NCBI GenBank assembly: GCA_949358305.1
Contig: OX442314.1
Coordinates: 9,362,001-9,426,000, forward strand
Reading direction: 5' to 3'
From: Strigamia acuminata
Lineage: Eukaryota
Length of the DNA: 64,000 bases
The position numbers were made by a program, and so were the translations under genes. The notes beneath the pieces are model-generated. The model was not told the origin of the DNA and did not search any database. It saw nothing but the letters and a program-made list of their open reading frames with translations. How positions within the stretch are numbered: the stretch's first letter is position 1; each line of letters starts with the position of its first letter. Positions 51,360 to 63,189 of the stretch are shown here, piece after piece.

Positions 51360-52139
51360 GATTATTTAGAGCCGCCCTTGAATAGTAGCCGCGCTTCAGA
51401 GAGGCGGTTTGAAATAAAAGCTGCTTTCAAGTAGTAGCCGGGGCTGCTATTTGAGGGCTTTTGTAACCAAACAGGAAACGTTCGTCGATGATGATAGAAA
51501 ATTTTAAAAATAAAATTTTAATGAAAAAAGTGAAATTTTAATGGAAAAAGTGAAATTTTAATGAAAAAAAGTGAAATTTTAATAAAAAAGTGAAATTTTA
51601 ATTAAAAAAAAGTGAATTTTTAACGGAAAAAGTGAATTTTTAATGAAAAAAGTGGAATTTTAATGAAAAAAGTGAAATTTTAATGAAAAAAGTGAAATTT
51701 TAATGAAAAAAGTAAAATTTTAATGAAAAAAGTGAAATTTTAATTAAAAAAAGTTAAATTTCAATCAAATACATGTAATTTAAATGGAAAAAAGTAAAAT
51801 TTCAATCACATACGTGAAATTTCAATGGAAAAAAGTGAAATTTTATTAGAAAAAAGTGAATTTCAATGGAAAAGAGTGAAATTTCACTGGAAAAAGTGAA
51901 ATTTCAATAGAAAAAAGTGAAATTTCAATAAAAAAAAAAGTGAAAAATCAATGAAAAAAAGTAAAATCTAAATGGAAAAAAGTAAAATCTAAATGGGAAA
52001 AAGTGAAATTTAAATGGAAAAATTTCAAAAAAAAAATTGAAATTCCAATCAAAATATGGTAAACAATTGTGCTAAGAGCCGCCCTCGATTAAAAGCCGCT
52101 GCTCAGAATGCCGCGGCTCTTACTCGAGAAAAGACGATA
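51360..52139. mobile_element. Degenerate Tc1/mariner-type MITE with an internal AAAAAGTGAAATTTTAATG satellite
   Basis: AGAGCCGCCCT(T/C)GA and TAGTAGCCG motifs on both sides. Right end GCGGCTCTTACTCGAGAAAAGACGATA. Satellite at about 51515-52020. Confidence 0.5.
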
Positions 52140-52199
52140 AGCAATATAAATGAAATACTTGTAATTACAAGGAAACTGAATAACAAATTGTATAAGCAT

Positions 52200-52308
52200 G
52201 TTCAGAGCGTTTTGCCACCAATGGCGCCACATAATATACAGCCGCACTGCATTCTGGGATGACAATAGGTAACAAACATGCTTAGTTAACAAGCAATCTG
52301 TGACACGT
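52200..52308. repeat. Dispersed ~110-bp repeat, copy 1
   Basis: Matches 57786-57899 (TTTTGCCACC(A/G)ATGGCGCCACATAATA...TTCTGGGATGAC...AGGTAACAAACATGCTTAGTT). Confidence 0.85.
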
Positions 52309-52844
52309 AATTACAGACATCCAATCAGCACACAGAACAACGGACAACATGTCCACAAGCGACTTACAATCGAAAACTATCACCGTAAGTGTCTTATTCA
52401 TATTCACTTTGTAATCACAACTCCTGACATGCAAAACCCGCGGATGATGTCACACTCGACTTATCCCCTTCCCATTTGTAAATATCCCGTGGACAAGAGC
52501 AACGGGTCAGAGAGAGACCAAGGGAGGGGTTGTGATTCTAACATTACCATGCGATGCGAGAGAGACGCACGGGTGATAAACCAGTCAATTTCCCCTCCCC
52601 CTTAAGGCCTCCGGAAGTCCCCCTTCAACCCCCCAATCAATAACAACTTTCTTTTTCCATGTGTTCCTTCCATCCAACAGTTTGCTCAAAGGCCAATCAG
52701 ATGGAAATGCGAGACGCGCATTACCAACTCACGTGACAAAGCCGAAAATCAACGCCAGGGGTAGGGCCACCTCCTGTCACGATCCCGACCGATACCGGCA
52801 GGGGACGCGGGTAATTGAACGTGCATCTCATTCGCACGCGCATG

Positions 52845-53257
52845 AAACCTCGTTATAACAAAGTCGGGCCGCCGCATAAGGATCTTTGGCGGAATCTTTA
52901 GCGAATTATGAATTATGAATAGTTATGATGTCGCATATAACGAATTATCGATATAACGAATTATCGGTATAACGAATTTTCGATATAACGAATTATCGAT
53001 ATAACGAATTATCGATATAACGAATTATCGATATAACGAATTATCGATATAACAAATTATCGATATAACAAATTATCGATATAACAAATTATCGATATAA
53101 CGAATTATTGATATAACGAATTATCGATATAACGAATTATCAATATAACGAATTTTAAAAAATGATTTTTTTTAGATAATTCGTTTTAACGAACTCTCGT
53201 TATAACCAATCGATTTTTCCGGTCCCTTGCGATTCGTTATAAAGAGTCTCGACTGTA
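52845..53257. mobile_element. pogo/Tigger-type MITE with a 16-bp GATATAACGAATTATC satellite
   Basis: Left AAACCTCGTTATAAC, satellite at about 52935-53150, right end GATTCGTTATAAAGAGTCTCGACTGTA. Confidence 0.65.
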
Positions 53258-54047
53258 CTTTATTTTTTAAAAATTTAAACAATTGTGGATACACACTCCT
53301 GTGGTCTCATGTTCAAAACCCTCGTTATAACGAAGTTGGGCCCACGTTTTCCACACGACTCGTTTCGATGCTCGTTGACTCCCTTCTCCTTTGCTTTGCG
53401 CTCCTTCGGTTAATTGCACGGCGTTTCATCCGCGTTCGTTCGCTGCACATCAAAGGAGATAGAGATGGAGCTGGATTGGGAGCCAGTTGTGTATTTTCCA
53501 CTCTGGATGACCACTGGTCACTTAATCAGAGTCGTCGCATTAGAGCAAATTGCATTTCTCACTAATTGGACCAATTAGTCAAAGTTTTGGAGGTTTTCGT
53601 TAGAAATTTTGTGTATACAAACAGTTTCGCTTGTGTCGAAAACAACTTTGTAGCCATGACGACTCAAGCGAGCACTTGGCTTGGATTGGATTCACTTTGG
53701 ATGAGTTTGGAATTTACATGTGCATAACTCACTGCGATAGGTAATCAGAGAAATTGGTTTTCGATGAAAACTTGAAGAGTTTCGGCCGATTTCGCCGCGT
53801 TTGAGTGGTTGAAAGGTTGTCAAAGTGCGTTTCCTTGTTGTGTTTTTGTTTACAAAAACTTGGGAGAGATTTCAATTGATTTGGTGTTTTATTGATCGTG
53901 TGATTTCAATTTTTAAGTCTGATATGATTTATGCAGTGAATCGTTTGTGCGGATTTAAATATGAAAAATTAATTTACAAATAAGAAATAAGTGGCGTTTA
54001 ATTTTGTACGATGTTGGTGCAGTTGTTGACATACATCATCTGGTTTT

Positions 54048-54975
54048 GGAGAAAATCTCGACGGATCTCTGAAAAAGCTCGTCGGATCTCGAAAAAATTT
54101 CGTTAAATCATGAAGATATCTCGTCCGATTTTTAGAGAAATTCTCGTGGGACCTCTGAGACAGACTCGTTTGATTTGGGAAAAAACCTCGTCTGATCTCG
54201 GAGAAAATCACGTCAGATCCCGGAAAAAATCTCGTCAGATGCTGGAGAAAATCTCGTCAGATATCTGAGAAAATCTCGTCAGATATCGGAGAAAATCTCG
54301 TCAAATATTGGAGAATATCTCGTCAGATCTCGGAAGAAAATCTCGTCAAATCTCAGGGAAAATCTCGTCAGATCTCGGAGAAAATCTTGTCAGATCTCAG
54401 AAAAAATCTCGTCTGATCTCAAAGAAAATCTCGTCAGATCTCGATTAAAATCTCACAGAATCTCGGGAAAAAATCTCATCAGTACTAGAAAACCTTACAC
54501 GATCTCGTCACATCTCAGAGAAAATCTCGTCAGATCTCAGAGAAAATCTCGTCAGATCTCAGAGAAAATCTCGTCAGATCTCAAAGAAAATCTCGTCAGA
54601 TCTCAGAGAAAATTTCGTCAGATCTCACAGAAAATCTCGTCAGATCTCACAGAAAATCTCGTCAGATCTCGGAAAAAATCTCGTCAGATATCGGAGAAAA
54701 TCTTGTCAGATCTCTGAGAAAATCTCGTCAGACATCGGAGAAAATCTCGTCAGACATCGGAGAAAATCTCGTCAGACATCGGAGAAAATCTCGTCAAATA
54801 TCGGGGAATATCTCGTCAGATCTCGGAGAAAATCTCGTCAGATCTCAAAGAAAATCTCGTCAGATCTCAGAGAAAATCTAACAGAATCTCGGAAAAAAAA
54901 TCTCATCAGTACTAGAAAACCTTACACGATCTCGTCACATCTCAGAGAAAATCTCGTCCAATCTCAGCGAAAGTC
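54048..54975. repeat. 22-bp minisatellite AGAAAATCTCGTCAGATCTC(A/G)G with a higher-order duplication
   Basis: Tandem copies; the block ending AGTACTAGAAAACCTTACACGATCTCG occurs at about 54481 and 54908. Confidence 0.9.
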
Positions 54976-56485
54976 TCACCAATCTCAAAACACTATCAAA
55001 ACACTAAAATCCCCTCCCAAAAATACAAAATCTACCTGAATCCCCCCAAAAATTCCCAACAAACCTCGCAAAACCTCGTCCCCAAAAAACCCCGCCACAA
55101 AACTCCGCACAAACTTCCAACAGCCAAAACTTGATCAAAACAAATCACCCCCAACAAATCTCCCTCGCACGTGATCCACCCAACCAATCATTTATCCTCC
55201 CACTTAAACCCAAATTAAACAAAAACTCAATTCAATTAATTCCCCAACATTTCAACCTCTATCTCTCCCACCCAAACAAATCCCGCACCAAACGCCCCCC
55301 CTACCGACTAATCCCCGCACAAAACCCCCATTTTTTCCTCCCCAAATTTACATAATTTATCACCCAACTCAAAGTGATAAAACCGAAAACAATCAATCAA
55401 ATCAAACCGTCTTCGCTTCTCATCTTTAATTGCGACCGGCCCCGAATGATTAATTTATAGATCCCTTCCTAAACCGAAACCGAAAAACCGTCAACAAACA
55501 AAACAATTTTTTCTCCGCTCGTTAAAACGAAGTCTCGTTACAAAGTTATTCAGTGATTGATAATTGCACGTGTGGCCGAAATCAATTAGTCGCTGCTAAA
55601 ATGGCCGCCCGCCTGCCTGGCGTGCGCCCGCCTCGCCTCAACATGTCAGACAGAAGTTTGAGGCGTAATGAGGCGATCTAAGTGAGTCGAGCATTTTGAG
55701 AAATGAGGACGGAGGACAAATGAGAAATGGGTGTTTTTGCTAATGGAAGATAGCGACGGACGTGGCTGCATGGCGGCTGCAAAATGTGAAATATCATTAA
55801 TTAAGGGGTCTGTATTTGCATATGGATGCGGAGTAATAAAAAAAAAAGTGGTGGAGGGGTATGGGGGGATTGTGGAGCCGTCATCGTCTCATTCTTGAGT
55901 GCATCTGCGTGGTGGAGGAATAATTAATTTTGTAAGGTTTTGGATTTTTTGGTTTTATGGGAGGTTGGGTGTGGGGATGTGTTTGAATAAATTTGGGTTT
56001 GTGGGGAATCGGTTGTTTGGGTTGGAAAATTTTTTTTGGTTGGGTTTTGTTGGATAGTTGTTTGGTTTTGTTTTTGAAGAAAAGTTTTTTTTGGTTAAAT
56101 TGTTGGAAAATTGTTTGTTTTTGGTTAAATTGTTAAAAAATTGTTTTTTTTTTCGGTTAAATTGTTGAAAAATTGTTTTTTTTTGGTTAAATTGTTGAAA
56201 AATTGTTTTTTTTTTTTTGTTAAATTATTGAAAAATTGTTGTTTTTTTGTTAAATTGTTGAAAAATTGTTTTTTTTTTTTAAAAGAAATTGTTTGCTAAC
56301 GTAGAAAAATTGCTTGTTTATATTGAAAACCAGGCCCACAAAAATCAAACTGGAAACCAGAGTGGTCAAAACCAAAGTAAAAAATAAAAAAATCAGAAAA
56401 ACTGTTAATACCTGAAAGAACACAAAGACAGAAAAGAAAGAAAAAAGTGAAGAATTATACAGTAGTGTAGTTGAAAAACACATAT

Positions 56486-56580
56486 GAACTCTTCTCAATA
56501 CCAGTGACAGTTAATGATTTAGAAATAAAAGCAATTCTGGACTCAGGAGGATATCGAAACATCATCAGAGAGAAGAAACT
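56486..56580 (+). pseudogene. Retroelement aspartic protease fragment
   Basis: LFSIPVTVNDLEIKAILDSGGYRNII matches the retropepsin A-hydrophobic-D-S-G motif; no other domains nearby. Confidence 0.6.
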
Positions 56581-56867
56581 CTTTTGGCTTAAACTGCGGC
56601 TTTATCGACAAGATTGCCCACATAAAATTGAGAGTAGATACCAAATTTCTTCAACTCTAAGACATACTTTTTACCCACATATAAACATCTCTAAAAACAA
56701 AATTCGTCTTACAATCGAAGGCGTCGTAGAATCAACGAAATACGGCAGGGGTTCCCAAACTTTTTAGCATCGCAACCCATTTTTAAGCAAGGTGATCTTC
56801 CGCGCCCCACTTCATCTATCGGTCATTAAATTTTTCAAAAATGAACTTCTAAAAAAAAAAAAAAAAT

Positions 56868-56982
56868 TTATATAATTTTATATAATTTTGCATAAAATTT
56901 TATATAATTTTGCATAAAATTTTATATAATTTTGCATAAAATTTTATATAATTTTGCATAAAATTTTACATAAGTTTGCAAA
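56868..56982. repeat. 24-bp tandem repeat AATTTTATATAATTTTGCATAA(AA)
   Basis: About 4-5 copies. Confidence 0.8.
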
Positions 56983-57785
56983 AAAAGCTCATCCTATTTA
57001 GACGTATGTGATGGGTGCGTCCCACAAAAAAACAACTCGCGTCCCACCAGTGAGGTGCACTTCACTATCAGAGCATAGTTAATTACTCCCAATTTTATAT
57101 GTGAGCAATCTTGTCAAATGTCAAACAGAAACTAATTCAAAACAACAAGTTTTTACCCTTTTCTGAACACACATCACTTAAATAACAATTTCCCGCATTC
57201 TGCCAATCCAAAATCCCATTATTTTTAATCATAACTTCCAAAGGAATTTTTCAAAAAAAAATCTCATTACCCCTCACAAAACCCACATAAAAATCTAGAA
57301 ACAAATCACAAACAAAGAACTGAAAAAACAAGAAAAAAAAACTAATCGTCAATTCCAAGCAGCACTTTTTTAAAATTCAAATTTTTTTCTAATTCGACTC
57401 GACACACTCATCAAATTAAATCGTTCAACACATAAAACCAAATTCCAACTTCATGAATATTCATCATCACATCCCCTCTCTCCCCATCCATACCCCTTAA
57501 CCCTTTCACTCCCAACCTCCAATTCACAATCCCCTAGCCCTACACAACACAAACCAACTTAGTTCTTACAAATCAATCAATGCATACACACATGTCCAGT
57601 ACTTTCCCAACCATTAATCAAACCTAAACGCCGTATAAGCAACATTAGCCCAATGGCCGAAAGACGAATTGACTTATTCATCTGAAATGAATTCTCCTAC
57701 AGGATTAAGTAAAATTGAAATCACTTCTTTGACTTATAAAAGTGGCTTATATCATGGAACTTCAACCGTGGACATCTATCCACAC

Positions 57786-57899
57786 GTTCAGTGTGTTTTG
57801 CCACCGATGGCGCCACATAATACAAAGCCGCACTGTATTCTGGGATGACCACAGGTAACAAACATGCTTAGTTGGCATTGGCAAGCATGCGTGACACGT
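57786..57899. repeat. Dispersed ~110-bp repeat, copy 2
   Basis: Matches 52200-52308. Confidence 0.85.
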
Positions 57900-59037
57900 G
57901 ATCGCTGTCATGTCACTGGCAAATGATACAAAGAACGAATCATATGCTATTATAATAAATATTCACAAGACGTTACAGAAAGAACAAATCCTTTATCAGG
58001 TAAACTTAAGACAGGAAAATGGCACTAATTTAGTGTTTATTCTTAACAAGTTCACTTCTTTAATTCATTTAAGATAATTCGTGTTTTGAGGATTGAATGC
58101 AGCTAACAACACTTGTGTCACGACTTTAAGACGCCCCTCCGTCATTCCACTCGACATAACACGACCGTGTTTCGCTTTTTTGAATGTGCCTTGTGCATCC
58201 AACATTCCAACCCAAATAAAAAGACTCAGTTAACAGTACCCTAACCACATGCAAGACATCCATTTATCCAACCATCCATCTCCTCACCCTTATATAAAAA
58301 AAACCCTCTAAACGAATCTTGACTTCCCTCATAACAAATTCCTTAACCTCTACCCCTTGAACTCCTCATCATCACCATCTTATTCAACTCTTTACGCCCA
58401 CCTGATGCGAACGAGGGGGTCATGTTAAACATGCATCATCATTTCCCCATCCCCTCGGACAACCACTGTCGATCAATAACCCCCACACCCCCCCCCTAAG
58501 CATCACTCAACATCAAATTTCATCATTTTTTGTTGTCCCTTTTTGCGGTCACAAAAGACTCGACAAGCGTTTAATTCAATCAAAAAACACCGCCATTCTC
58601 CGTCAGGGCGGCCATTTTCCAACTCAAAACACGCTGTTTGCTCTGAATTGTGCGTTTCAGGACGAACGATCTCAACATCGCCCTAATTACAGATAGAACA
58701 AATCCCAATTGTGATGTTTCGGTACTTCTCTCTGTGGGTTAATGAAAACCAAGTCAAAATAATTTGAAGTCTCTTGGGCACGAAATGTTTTCGGAACCTT
58801 TTACTAGCTAGGCAAAACAGCAACCGTACACGCATAACGTTTTGATTAAAAAGGTAAACTAATACAACAAAAGAACAATACTATGACACGTACAATACTC
58901 ACACACCACACATGACATAACATACGTTAACTAAAAATCAGCACTCTTCAAATGACATAAATTCAACACTAAGATACTGTGACTAACAAATATTATATAA
59001 AATATTATAAATGATAAAATGCAAATCTCATTTATTT

Positions 59038-60147
59038 GGTGCACGACGTTGCCAGCGTCTAAGGCTGCCAGCGTCTATATTTTTAGCATTTGTTCAATTT
59101 TTTTTTTTTTTTGCCAGCTTATTGCTTGTTTAGCGTTTTAAATAAATGAATAAATAAATTAATATTCAGTTTTTTGCCAGCCTTGTTCTTGCCAGCGTCT
59201 ACACTGCCAGCGTTTATAGTGCCAGCGTCTCACTTTGCCAGCGTTTTGACCGCCAGCGTTCGTTTTTGCGTAACGTACGCGTCGCATACACGCTAACGTA
59301 ACACGTCGCGAAAACGTTACCAGTCCGACTGGATCGAGGAGATGGACTCCTCCAGACTGTTCTGTCCACTGTTCTTCTGCTGGATGAAGAGACGCACGAG
59401 TGAGAACGACTGGCTGCTCTGCGACGACCTGGAATGTGACGAGACGCTCGACTGCTGCACGTCGTACACGGGCACGCACTGCTCGGAGTCGGACGACACG
59501 TTCAGCTGGCTCATGCCGATCTCCGACGCGCTCAGCGACTGGCGCAACAAGTTGGGCAGACTGCGACTCTTCGTCCCCGCCACGTTGGGCGGCGCGCGCT
59601 CGACGCCGCCGCCCCCGCCCTTCCTCAGCTTGCTCCACGTGGTGAGCGCGTAGTCGGACTGCACCATCGAGCGGTCGAGGCCCTTGTGCAGCCCGTAGTG
59701 CACGGAGGCGGCGTCGCCCGCGTCGCACCCGCTCACGCTCGCGCCGTCGTGGTAGTCCGAGTCCTCGGACGACATGTTTTCGGGCGACATGGCGAAGATG
59801 GAGGTGGGGCATTTGTCCCTGCGCACGGCGCCCAGCTCAAGCAGCCATTGGCAGTCGTTGGCGGTGAGGTCCTGCGAGGAGAGCATCAGGTCGTTGCGAC
59901 GCTGAAATTAAGAACGCTGGCAAAATCCAATAAAAGTATTATTATTATTATTATTATTTTTTTATTACTTATTATTTTTTTTATTATTTAATTTATTATA
60001 CGCTAAGACCTACTGACGCTGGCAACAATAGACGCTGGCACCATCAGAAGCTGGCAAAACATTATTGAAAATAATAATAGAAATAATAATAAACTCACGC
60101 TAAAAAACGAGAAGCTGGCGAATTTCGACGCTGGCAAAACCACGACC
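59038..60147. mobile_element. Mutator/Foldback-like non-autonomous element with modular TIRs and 9-bp TSD, carrying an exon (Pack-MULE-like)
   Basis: TSD CATTTATTT at 59029-59037 and 60148-60156. Termini GGT...ACC. The left arm has about 9 GCCAGC(G)T motifs (59050-59260); the right arm has about 6 inverted A(C/A)GCTGGC motifs (59913-60135). The first ~55 bp of the two ends align collinearly. Confidence 0.8.
59321..59901 (-). CDS. Single GC-rich internal coding exon (~193 codons, Ser-rich), protein not recognised
   Basis: Acceptor TAATTTCAG| at 59902 and donor TG|GTAACG at 59320. Open frame RRNDLMLSSQDLTANDCQWLLELG...KSRSLPNLLRQS...SLVRLFIQQK...IQSD with strong GC3 bias. Phase 0 in, phase 2 out. 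Confidence 0.8.
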
Positions 60148-61339
60148 CATTTATTTTACAAAAATAAATTTACTTTACGTGGTTAATACGAACTACAGTT
60201 ATGTAATGAGCGTTTTAGCTCCGTTTCGTGGTAAAACCTGGCGGAAAGTTTTTTTTATGATACCACTCACTTGAGATGTCGATGTTCATCGATTCAAAAC
60301 GAGGCCATTAAGCCCGACCGGGATCCTTTTGTTTGCTCCTCATCTCGTCGACGGACGGACGCGGGACGCGGAGTTTGTTAATAAAAAGACAGACACAAAT
60401 GATAGATGAAAATGGAGGTTGTTGAATCAACAAAAGTCTCAAAGGAGAACCGCCATTGCGCTCCGCTGCTTGTGTACACTGGAATTTCAATTAGCGTTCG
60501 CGATTTATGGACACAGCTCTCGTTTCCCTTTTCTCTCTCCCTCTGTTGACTGATGCTGCAAAGTCGGGCGTTGCGCTTGTTCCGAGGACTTGCTCAAAGT
60601 CATTTCGATGGTGAAGCATTATTTACATGTCAGAAAGGGAAAAAAATATTAAAAGATTTTTGTCAGGAGAAAAATTGTATCTCGGTGATTAGCCAGGCGT
60701 TTCGTGTCGTTCGGCAGCTTATTTCGAGTCGTCGTCTTGCGGCGAGATCGTAAACAATGTGGTAATGTAAATAAGATGTGGGCAAATCAATTGGGACTTG
60801 TTTTTTTATTTGCAGAGATGGGCTTTGTTTAAATGTTGGTTTTTTGCTTGGAGAGCTTGGAGGTAAGAAAAAAAGTTTCCATTTTTTTAATAATTTCTTT
60901 TTAAAAGTTTGTTTAGTCAGCCATTTTTTTTTTTTTTACCGAAAAGGGTAAATCTGGATTTTGGCTTTTTACCCGATATGACGCGTTTTACATCAAAATA
61001 AGGATTAAGATTAAGTGAAATTGAAATTATTTCTTCGACTTACGGTATCTCTTCTGCACCTGCTATTGGCTATCATCGTTACCAGATATTCACGGTTGCG
61101 AAGGAATTCCTATAACAGTTCAAGCTTCACGCTAAGTACACATAAGACTTTCAGACTCTGAATATTCAGAGTTTGAATTTTCAGATTGTCACGCCGCAAA
61201 CGAAATGATTCCACCTGTGCGTTTGGCTGTCTTTCCACGGTTGATCCCTCTCCGGCAGATCCAAATGCTTTTCCTCTACCTAGTCCTACGGCTTCAGAAG
61301 ATGAAGCATTAGGGGATTGCTATTCTGCCACACCACGGT

Positions 61340-61870
61340 ACGTGCACTCCTTATTTGCCCAGGTTTCTCGCACCTATAAGGAAGCTATTGCAAGTCCCGA
61401 CCGTGTCAATTGGCAGAAATTGGTACACACAATCCGTGCACGTGTTTTAATTACAAATGGCGACCACTTTTACAAAATATTGTAGTTTGATTGTACAAAA
61501 TAAATGAATTACAGTATTTTTAAATTAATAATTAATAATAAATTATAAAGTAAATTAATTAAACATTTTTAGTCTTATCTGTCTTTGTATTCAGTAATTT
61601 CAGTATCCACCTCCGTCTTATGTGTTTGACATCTGTACTTAGCTTCAGGCCCCAAAAAATGTACATCCGCCCCTGGGGTTTTCTGTGCAAATGCAATGTT
61701 GGGTCCTTAAGAAAGCAGATTATGGTTTGCATGACCTAAATCCCCCAAACAAGTATTCCACTTACCGGCCCATGACCATGCTGTATCACAAGTGTGAACC
61801 TAGCTTTAAGCATTACGCGTTTAGGGACAATTTTCAGGTCGATTGGTTAAAGCGTCATTTAGTTTGTTGT
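61340..61870 (+). pseudogene. Ty1/Copia pol remnants
   Basis: RTYKEAIASPDRVNW (~61369-61415) resembles the Copia pre-RT motif P.TY.EA.....W. WVLKKADYGL (~61700-61730) resembles Copia RT LKKALYGL. Confidence 0.55.
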
Positions 61871-62092
61871 TAGTTCGCTACTAATTTTATAAAGGTCGCA
61901 ATACGTAAACAAGAAGGAAATAAATAAGTTTGAACCATCTGCGAGTGGTTTTAAGCACTACTGGTAAAAGCCAAAAGCTGTTGACCGAAGCACTCTTTAC
62001 TAATGCAGCAAAGCCAGCTTAAAAGTTACGCTGGAGCTTTAAAGGGGCAGAAAATTTCAACTCAGAATAATTAATTAAATAAGTAACCGAAC

Positions 62093-62503
62093 TATACTCT
62101 AACTCACTATAAGTTGGGCCTTTCTCCCATTGGGCGAGCCATTTCACTTGTGTAGTGATACAAAAAAAAGACCAAACTACCAAAATTGCACTTGATGTAC
62201 AGACATTGTAATCGAAAAAAATAATTCAAAAATTGTTTGTTTTCCTGACAAAGCAAGCAATAAACTAAACATACATATACGAATACGATGAATTAAAAAC
62301 AGCTTAAAACTTAATTTTATGAATGAAAAAAACATTTCATTATAAAATACAAATAAATTTAAATCATTACAAAAATAAAAAAAATTATAAAAATACAAAA
62401 CTACTTATCCCGGTGGCAGTACACAGTCTACAGTCATGCGTAATGAGGCTCGCCCAATGGGAGAAAGGCGCAACTTATAGTACTTATAGTGAGTTAGAGT
62501 ATA
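62093..62503. mobile_element. MITE with ~48-bp TIRs, related to 45668-45912
   Basis: TATACTCTAACTCACTATAAGTTGGGCCTTTCTCCCATTGGGCGAGCC (62093-62140) is inverted at 62447-62503, with a 9-bp duplication and one mismatch. Confidence 0.8.
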
Positions 62504-63189
62504 CAACACATTCAATTCTAAAATAGCTTTCAAAAACCGTTTTTCGTCGTTTTCCGAAAAATAAAACTTTTATTTGTCACCACACAATTCATCAGGAAAT
62601 CCACCTAATCGCATTGCATCAACAATCCGATTGTAATTACACTTAAAAGCGTGGCAATTTTTCAAAATTCAATCGCACCCGAGCAAATCTTATCACATAA
62701 TGAGCGGCCATTCATTTTTTAGACTTTAGTGGATTTGCAGGTCTTTAAGAAACAAATAGTCTCCAGGATTAGTAACTCTGACATGCATTTGCAAAAGAAC
62801 GAACGCCTTGATAAAGTGAGAAAGCGAGCTCGTCGGGTCGAAATAATTTCGATGCCAACAGTGCGCGTAGGGGGTCTTTGGAGAGGAAAAAAAAGTGGAG
62901 GGAGGGGACGGAATTGAAAGGCCAAAAGGAATCCCTCTCAAATCTCGGCTCCACTTATTCATCATCAGGAACGTCCTTAGTCCATTTTTCAATGTACTAA
63001 TGAGAAACTCCCACAACTAAGTTTCACTCGCTTATTGATTGGTCACACAAATCCTCTGTTCGAGGGCCGGAAGTGGGGAAAAAGTGTCAATGTTCGGTTT
63101 GAGTAGTTTCAGTAGTTTTTTTTTCTCTCGATATTTTTCTCGTTTTTTCGGTGGAATTTTTTGCGCTTTTTTTCGAGGTTTCTAAAAGT

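Noticed and set aside
59159..59812. 217-aa Arg-rich minus-strand ORF and plus-strand ORFs over the exon
   Set aside because: Alternative frames produced by high GC3; the Ser-rich frame best fits the codon bias and splice sites.
59321..59901. Assigning a gene name to the captured exon
   Set aside because: The protein is low-complexity and I do not recognise a domain; it needs BLASTp.
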